A DNA stretch of 64,000 nt, from positions 207,700,001 to 207,764,000 of the forward strand of contig NC_042998.1 in the NCBI RefSeq assembly GCF_006345805.1, in the 5' to 3' direction. A program made the translations under genes and the position numbers. This DNA comes from Octopus sinensis (lineage: Eukaryota). Within the stretch, counting starts at the first letter, position 1. The number at the start of each line of letters is the position of its first letter. The notes under the pieces were generated by a model. The model was not told where the DNA came from. It saw nothing but the letters and a program-made list of their open reading frames with translations, and made no database searches. Shown piece after piece: positions 54,425 through 64,000 of the stretch.

Positions 54425-54902
54425 CTCAATAAAATTTAGAGCCAATCAAATAGTGAGGTTGATGAAATCGATTAAACCTTTTCCTTTCAAAGTTGCTGGT
54501 TTTGTGTGCCTACGTTGGAAACAAGAAAAGGGGGCACAACAGCCCCCCTTACATCTTTTGCTTGTGTGGTGGTGGTGGTGGTGGTGGTGGTGATGAGAAT
54601 TATTGGTCATGAGTTTATCTATGTTTAAAGAGTTACGAAGGCGGCGAGTTGGCAGAACTGTTTGCACGCCGGGCAAAATGCTTAGCGACATTTCGTCCGT
54701 CTATACATTCTGAGTTCAAATTCCACCGTGGTCGACTTTACCTTTTATCCCTTCGGGCTCGATAAAATAAGTACAGTTTGAGCACTGGGGTCGATGTAAT
54801 CGATTCACCCGTGGCCCCGAAAATTATTAGCCTTGGGCCAAAATCCGAAACTGATATTTAAAAGGTAGCGCAACTGTAGTGCATTAGAACAGAAACAGCA
54901 AG

Positions 54903-55270
54903 TGAAGGCACAATGGCCCAGTGGTTAGGGCAGCGGACTCGCGGTCGGAGGATCGCGGTTTCGATTCCCAGACCGGATGTTGTGTGTGTTTATTGAGCGA
55001 AAACACCTAAAGCTCCACGAGGCTCCGGCAGTGAGTGGTGGCGACCCCTGTTGTACTCTTTCGCTCCAACTTTCTCTCACTCTTTCTTCCTGTTTCTTGT
55101 CCCTGACTTCCTACGCAACCGCTGAGCCTGGATGCGCATTCATCCATCCGTCGACGCTCTCGGTGTCGGAGGTTGACCTGCTTCCTCTTCTGCGGGTCTT
55201 ACGAATAGCAAACGACCACGTTTCGGACTTCTCCCACTAATGGGACGAAGACCGCTTCGCTCAACAGCAA
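54903..55270 (+). mobile_element. SINE family B (tail type 3)
   Basis: Same head and core as other family B copies. Confidence 0.85.
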
Positions 55271-55963
55271 CAGAAATATCAGTTCAGCCTAAAACGGAAA
55301 TGATTTGGTTGTAATACTCTTCTAGAGAGGTGAAGAGATCTGTACTAATCTAGAATAACGCTGCCCTGCTGATCTGAATATGTTCTCGACATGGACAATA
55401 CTCTAAGTTATTGATAAACAAATCATGTCATCTTTTTAATGCAGATGGTATTAACCAATTATTTACTTTGACTAACCGTCGTTAATACATTTAGCCGCCG
55501 CATAAATAATATTTGTGAAGTAATCAAGGAAATTTATGATTATCTAAGTAAGAAGAGAAACGACTGACAGGAACTATATTGAACTCAATCAATCAATTAA
55601 TCATTCAATCATTCAAACAACCTATTGAACAGCATGGAACATTCTCAGGTTTCACGGTAACAATACAAGTCAATGTTTACAAATTTACAGGTAAATGACG
55701 CTTCATGCAATAATTGTAGGTTGAAAAATTGCTTTTGTGTAGGAACGGTGTTTGTTGGGTGTCGAGGACACACTAAATGGCTCCAATGAACGGAAATACA
55801 AAATAGTCTTTCTTTACAAGCGCAGGCGCAACTGTGGTGAGAAGATGCTTCCCGACCAGTGGTTCGGGGTCGATAAATTAAGTACTAGTTGTGTACTGGA
55901 GTCGATGTAATCGACTGGCCACATCCCCAAAGATTTCGGTTCTTGTGCCTAGAGTAGAAAAAA

Positions 55964-55993
<30 letters not shown>

Positions 55994-55996
<3 letters not shown>

Positions 55997-56052
55997 TAAT
56001 TTTATTTTTATAGCGTGCTTTCACTTCACTACCGAGCGCAGCTCTGTGTGCC

Positions 56053-56054
<2 letters not shown>
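55994..56054 (-). mobile_element. 61-bp 3' terminus of an R4/Dong-like LINE in (TAA)n
   Basis: Near-identical to 56453-56513. Confidence 0.75.
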
Positions 56055-56090
<36 letters not shown>

Positions 56091-56431
56091 GTCATTTACT
56101 TTTAATCTGCATGTTTGATGCAATCACTTGCCGGGGCACACCCAGCGCCCTAGGGCAAGTGAAGGTTAAGAGTTGTTGAAATATAGCTGAAAGCTTGGGG
56201 AGGGGAAGTAGAGAAATATCTCCATGTAATACAAACACAAACATTTACATTGATAGGGTTTTTCTAAGGATGTGGGCAGTACTTGTTAGCACAATCTTTT
56301 GGATTTCCTTGAGACATGGTTCTCCAGGGATATTTTCTAGGTGTTTCTGACATCCCTTTTTTATCATACCTAGGGCACCAACAATAACAGGAACAGTTTT
56401 TGTTTTAAGATTCCACATCTTTTGTATTTCG
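56091..56431 (-). mobile_element. R4/Dong-like (RLE-type) LINE 3' fragment
   Basis: EIQKMWNLKTKTVPVIVGALGMIKKG..IQKIVLTSTAHILRKTLSM*. Confidence 0.8.
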
Positions 56432-56452
56432 ATTATTATTATTATTATTATT

Positions 56453-57047
56453 CAGTAGTTTTATTTTTATAGCGTGCTTTCAATTCACTACCGAGCGCAG
56501 CTCTGTGTGCCTTGGGTATGTGCTGTGATTTGTTGTGATGCTCTGATGGTTATTGTATGGAAAGTGTTCTGCGTAGGATGTGTGCAGTGCCTAGTAGTGC
56601 AATTTTCTGTATGTTATATGTGTTTGTAAGTCCTTGTGTTTTTGTTATGTATTTGTCTGAATTTTTTTATCATGCCAATGCACCTACTATGATAGGATTG
56701 TTCTGTTTTCAGATTCCACATTCTAGTTACCTCTATTCCAGGTCTTTGTATTTTGAGAGTTTTTCTCCATTTCTTTTAGAGACCCGTTGTCATCTGCCGG
56801 TACTGATACATCAATTAGAAAGCATTTTTTTCTTCATGATCTCTGACAACTATATCTGGTCTGTTGGCCTTAATTTCTCTATCTGTGTGTATCGGATATC
56901 CCAGAGTATGGTTGCTTTCTCGTTTTCTGTGACCTTTTCTGGTGTGTGCCTATACCATCTTTTTTCTGTTGTTATTCCATAATGTTGGCATAGCTTCCAA
57001 TGTATGTAGGTTCCAACTCTGTCATATCTGTGAATATATTCCTTCTT
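56453..57047 (-). mobile_element. R4/Dong-like LINE 3' fragment (RLE domain)
   Basis: YIHRYDRVGTYIHWKLC..ILWD..NRPDIVV..FLIDVSVP..KYKDLEIE..TAHILRRTLSIQ* across frameshifts. Confidence 0.85.
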
Positions 57048-57081
57048 AATTATTATTATTATTATTATTACTATTATTATT

Positions 57082-57849
57082 GTATTAAGACTCACAGTTC
57101 ATTTTGCTGTGTATGATGGAAAGTGTCAGCTGTCCCACAGCCAGCAGACTAAGGTGACAGTTGTTTACTGGTTAGGCTTCAAGAACCCTGCGAAGAATTC
57201 TTGCAGTTCTAAGCAATGCTGATTTTTGTAGGTGTTCTACTTTCACACTTGCACCAATCTTTTTCAACCATGCTGTAGTTGAGTGCTGATGGTTCCAACT
57301 GCACCAATTACTTACTATTCGTATGACGTCTACTCTCTTCATTGACCACTTCAAATCGCCATAAATGTTTATATTTTCTTCTTCTTTCACATTGGTCCCG
57401 TTGCCGTCGGGCTCAGCTATATCGATTATCATACATGTTCTTTCTTCTTTTTTTTATAAACCACAAGAATCTCCGGTTTCCGATGTCTGGTCGGGTGATC
57501 ACACTAGATCATTGCATCGCACAGGATTTTACAATTCACATTTTCGGTGACTCCTTCTGGGGTTTTCTCATACCACGTCTTTGCTCTTTGTAGACCATGA
57601 TTTCCACAAAGTTCCCAATGGATCATTCTTGCCACCTTGCCATGGCATCTTTTGTATTCGCGTTGTACCAATTTCGAGCATTCGCTGACGATGTGCCATA
57701 CCGTTTCAACCCTCTCATCATACATTCTGCATTTGTCGCTATCGGTAGTCTATTCTGCACTTCATATAGTTGGTCCTTAACGCTTGTACTTAAGCTGCGC
57801 ATATGAGGGCTTCTGTTTCTACCTCCGGGTCACTACTCCTCATCCAATT
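57082..57849 (-). mobile_element. R4/Dong-like LINE 3' fragment (zinc knuckle plus RLE)
   Basis: ETVWHIVSECSKL..EYKR.H.KVARMIHWELC and IIDIAEP..HLQKSALLRTARILRRVLEA. Confidence 0.85.
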
Positions 57850-57881
57850 TATTATTATTATTATCATCATCATCATCATCA

Positions 57882-57917
<36 letters not shown>

Positions 57918-58002
57918 GTAGTAGTAGTAGTAGTAGTAGTATGTATGTATGGTGTTGGTAGTGGTAGTAATAGTGGTTGTAGTACTAGTAGTAGAGGTAG
58001 TG

Positions 58003-58060
<58 letters not shown>

Positions 58061-58270
58061 CAGTACTTACTACAGAAGGCAGTTTCAATTTAAACTTGGT
58101 TAAGCTGCCAACAGATATGTTTAATTGAATTCTTATCAACTGATTTGCGTTGGGAGACGAATAATACGATGTATATATATATATATTAGATATATATATA
58201 TATATTATGTTATATGTTTTATGTGTATAATATTATATATATATATAATATATATATCATTATGTATATT

Positions 58271-61759
<3,489 letters not shown>

Positions 61760-62111
61760 TATATTTATGTATGTATGTATGTATGTATGTATGTATGTAT
61801 TATGTATGTATGTATGTATGTATGTATCTATGTAAGTGTGTATATTGTTTGGCATCTACACACCCCACAAACACACAACACCCTGCTCTCTGTTTCCGAG
61901 TTGTAATAGAAAAGGCGACAAATGGAAACATCGCCCGTTTATTGTCTATACATAATAAATAGCAAATTTACTCTTAACGCCGAAGAGCTGTCTGACTCGT
62001 CTTAGCGCCTCAGGCATGTAACACCAACAACCCTGGCCGGCCAATGGAATAATTTCTGGACAGATGTTAAGCGACGTTAAAAGCCCTTTGGCACACATTT
62101 ACTCAACTTAC

Positions 62112-62136
62112 CTCTGATTATCCTTCCGACTCTTTC
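62112..62136 (-). other. Candidate 25-nt micro-exon of an unidentified host gene
   Basis: Minus strand T-rich tract..aattcag | gaaagagtcggaaggataatcagag | gtaagt; two of three frames open. Confidence 0.4.
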
Positions 62137-62373
62137 CTGAATTGATTACAAAAAAAAAAATAATAAAAATAAAAAAGACCCTACATAAAACATGATCGGA
62201 CATATGATAAATTTGTCGAAATACTTTTGTTTTACGATATGCATCAACAAAACGCATGATGCGCAGGCGTGGCTGTGTGGTAAGAAGTTCGCTTCTCAAC
62301 CATATGGTTTTGGGTTCAGTCACACTGCGTGGCACCTTGGGCAAGTGTCTTCTACTATAGCCTCGGGCCGACC

Positions 62374-62686
62374 TTCCTTCTTCCTTCACGAGCCATATCT
62401 GGCTCATTAGGGCCGACTTCCAGGTTTCCTTGGCGTATAGGTTCCCCACCTGGACGGGACGCCGGTCTGTCGCAGGTGAGCTGCACGACGCAGGAGGAAT
62501 GAGTGAGAGAAAGTTGTGGCGAATGGGTCAGCAGAAGTTCACCATTACCTTCTGGAGGAGCCGCGTGGAGCTTAGGTGTTTCGCTCATAAACACACACTT
62601 TGCCTGGTCTGAGATTCGAACCCGCGATCCCTCGACCGCGAGTCCGCTGCTCTAACCACTAGGCCATGTGCCTCCACATGTGGAGG
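62374..62686 (-). mobile_element. SINE family B (tail type 4) inserted into a family A SINE, 12-bp TSD
   Basis: ctcgggccgacc at 62362-62373 and 62687-62698. Confidence 0.9.
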
Positions 62687-63167
62687 CTCGGGCCGACCAA
62701 GGCCTTGTGAGTGGATTTGGTAGACGGAAACAAAGAAGAGCACCGTAAATTGGTTTGACTTAAAATTCTTTGGCCATAGTCTAATGACTGAAACAAGTAA
62801 AAGAGGAAAGCAAAGGAACTCTGTTGAGTTGTATAAATGAGAAGTCTTTCTCCGCCACAAAATAATCTCGTTCATATTTTAAGGACGGGAATTAATCTAA
62901 ACCTGATTGGCTAGCAATTACGTGATTGTTAGAAATGAATTTTTGACCATTGAATTCGGTTTGAATGACTGGGGAAAAATCTATAAAACTGACGACCCTA
63001 AATACGACAGGGCGATGGAGAAACGAAAAGATCTTCTGCTTGCCGTAACAGAGACTTGGCTTGCATTTTGTTGCTGAGACCTGAACTCGAAGACTGAAGG
63101 TCTGAAGCTAGTACTACAAGTTATTTGAATCAAATAAATTATTATATAAGCCATCAACCCTAACAAT

Positions 63168-63394
63168 AATAGAAATATTATTTCTAATTAATTCTAAAGG
63201 AGACTGTGGCAGCGGCACTGGATATTAATAGTTATCGCCAAGCTAACATGGCAGTCCAGAAAAATAGGACGAATGCTGCTGTTGTTAGCTCCTATTTTTC
63301 TGGACTGCCATGTTAGCTTGGCGATAACTATTAATATCCAGTGCCGCTGCAGTAGTCTCCTTTAGAGGGAATTAGAAATAGTGATATTTCTATT
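63168..63394. repeat. Fold-back inverted repeat containing a MITE TIR plus flank
   Basis: 63168-63269 pairs with 63290-63394; includes the tagttatcgccaagctaacatggc TIR, which recurs inverted at ~63580-63630. Confidence 0.85.
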
Positions 63395-63422
63395 TTTGAA
63401 AACCAGTGCTGGGTTCGGCTAC

Positions 63423-63465
63423 TCCGCATTGATAAGAGGCAACCACCTCGAAACTAGTCTGTGGA
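63423..63465 (+). ncRNA. Type I hammerhead ribozyme, U3-A8 core variant
   Basis: tccgca-TTGATAA-GAGG-caacca-CCTC-GAAAC-TA-GTC-tgtgga; all three stems form, compensatory U3/A8. Confidence 0.8.
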
Positions 63466-64000
63466 TGCCAGACCATCAAGAAGAAGCTGCTGACCTCCCC
63501 TGTTCGAAGGTTATAATGGATACAGGTTTGTGTGTCACATAGCTACCCAGAAGAGATGGCCTCTTGGAACTAATCAACGGCAGCATTCGTCCTATTTTTC
63601 TGAACTACCATGTTAGCTTGGCGATAACTATTAATACCAAACAATAGTATTTTCTGTTATAGATGCAAGTCTTGAAACTTTTGTGGGGAAGGGGGGTCTA
63701 GTCAATTACATCGACCCCAGTGCATAACAGGTGCTTATTTTATTGACCCCGAAAGATGAAGGGAAAAGCTGACCCCGGCGGAATTTAAACTCTGAACATC
63801 AAAACAGACGAAATGCTTCTAAGCCCAGTAACGACTCTACCGGTTCTTTCCCTTATTTGAGTATTTCTATATTGGATAGAAAAAGTCGAAGGTTGCTTGT
63901 AGGTTGCGAACCCCGTCCCCAAGGACCCAATTATTGTTGAGTCCTTGGGGACAGCATCAGAAGGGCTCAAGAGGAATATAAAGGAAATAGGAATAGAGTG

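Noticed and set aside
62989-63030. CTGACGA-CCCT..AGGG..GAAAC
   Set aside because: Extra bases before GAAA and no NUH or stem I.

Overview
AT-rich, microsatellite-dense animal genomic DNA, essentially all non-coding. The SINE families and the simple-repeat load look like an octopus (coleoid cephalopod) genome; this is pattern recognition, not a database result. I found no confident host protein-coding gene, only weak micro-exon candidates, and nearly all long ORFs in the track are read-throughs of simple repeats. The window holds three tRNA-headed SINE families, decayed mariner/Tc1/hAT/pogo transposons and MITEs, a 5'-truncated RTE LINE with a ~78 bp flanking duplication, and four stacked R4/Dong-like LINE 3' ends inside (TAA)n. 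The main signal is about 15 loci with type I hammerhead ribozyme (HHR) folds, most with a self-complementary stem III cap as in Penelope-like element (PLE) pseudo-LTRs. Six of these HHR loci lie inside fold-back palindromes (arms ~95-400 bp, mostly near-identical) embedded in simple AT-rich repeats, and a seventh palindrome of the same layout lacks a recognisable HHR. The shared layout is (AT)n | inverted arm | short loop or spacer | arm with HHR reading outward | unique tail | (AT)n. All folds and alignments were done by eye; repeat and SINE boundaries are approximate.
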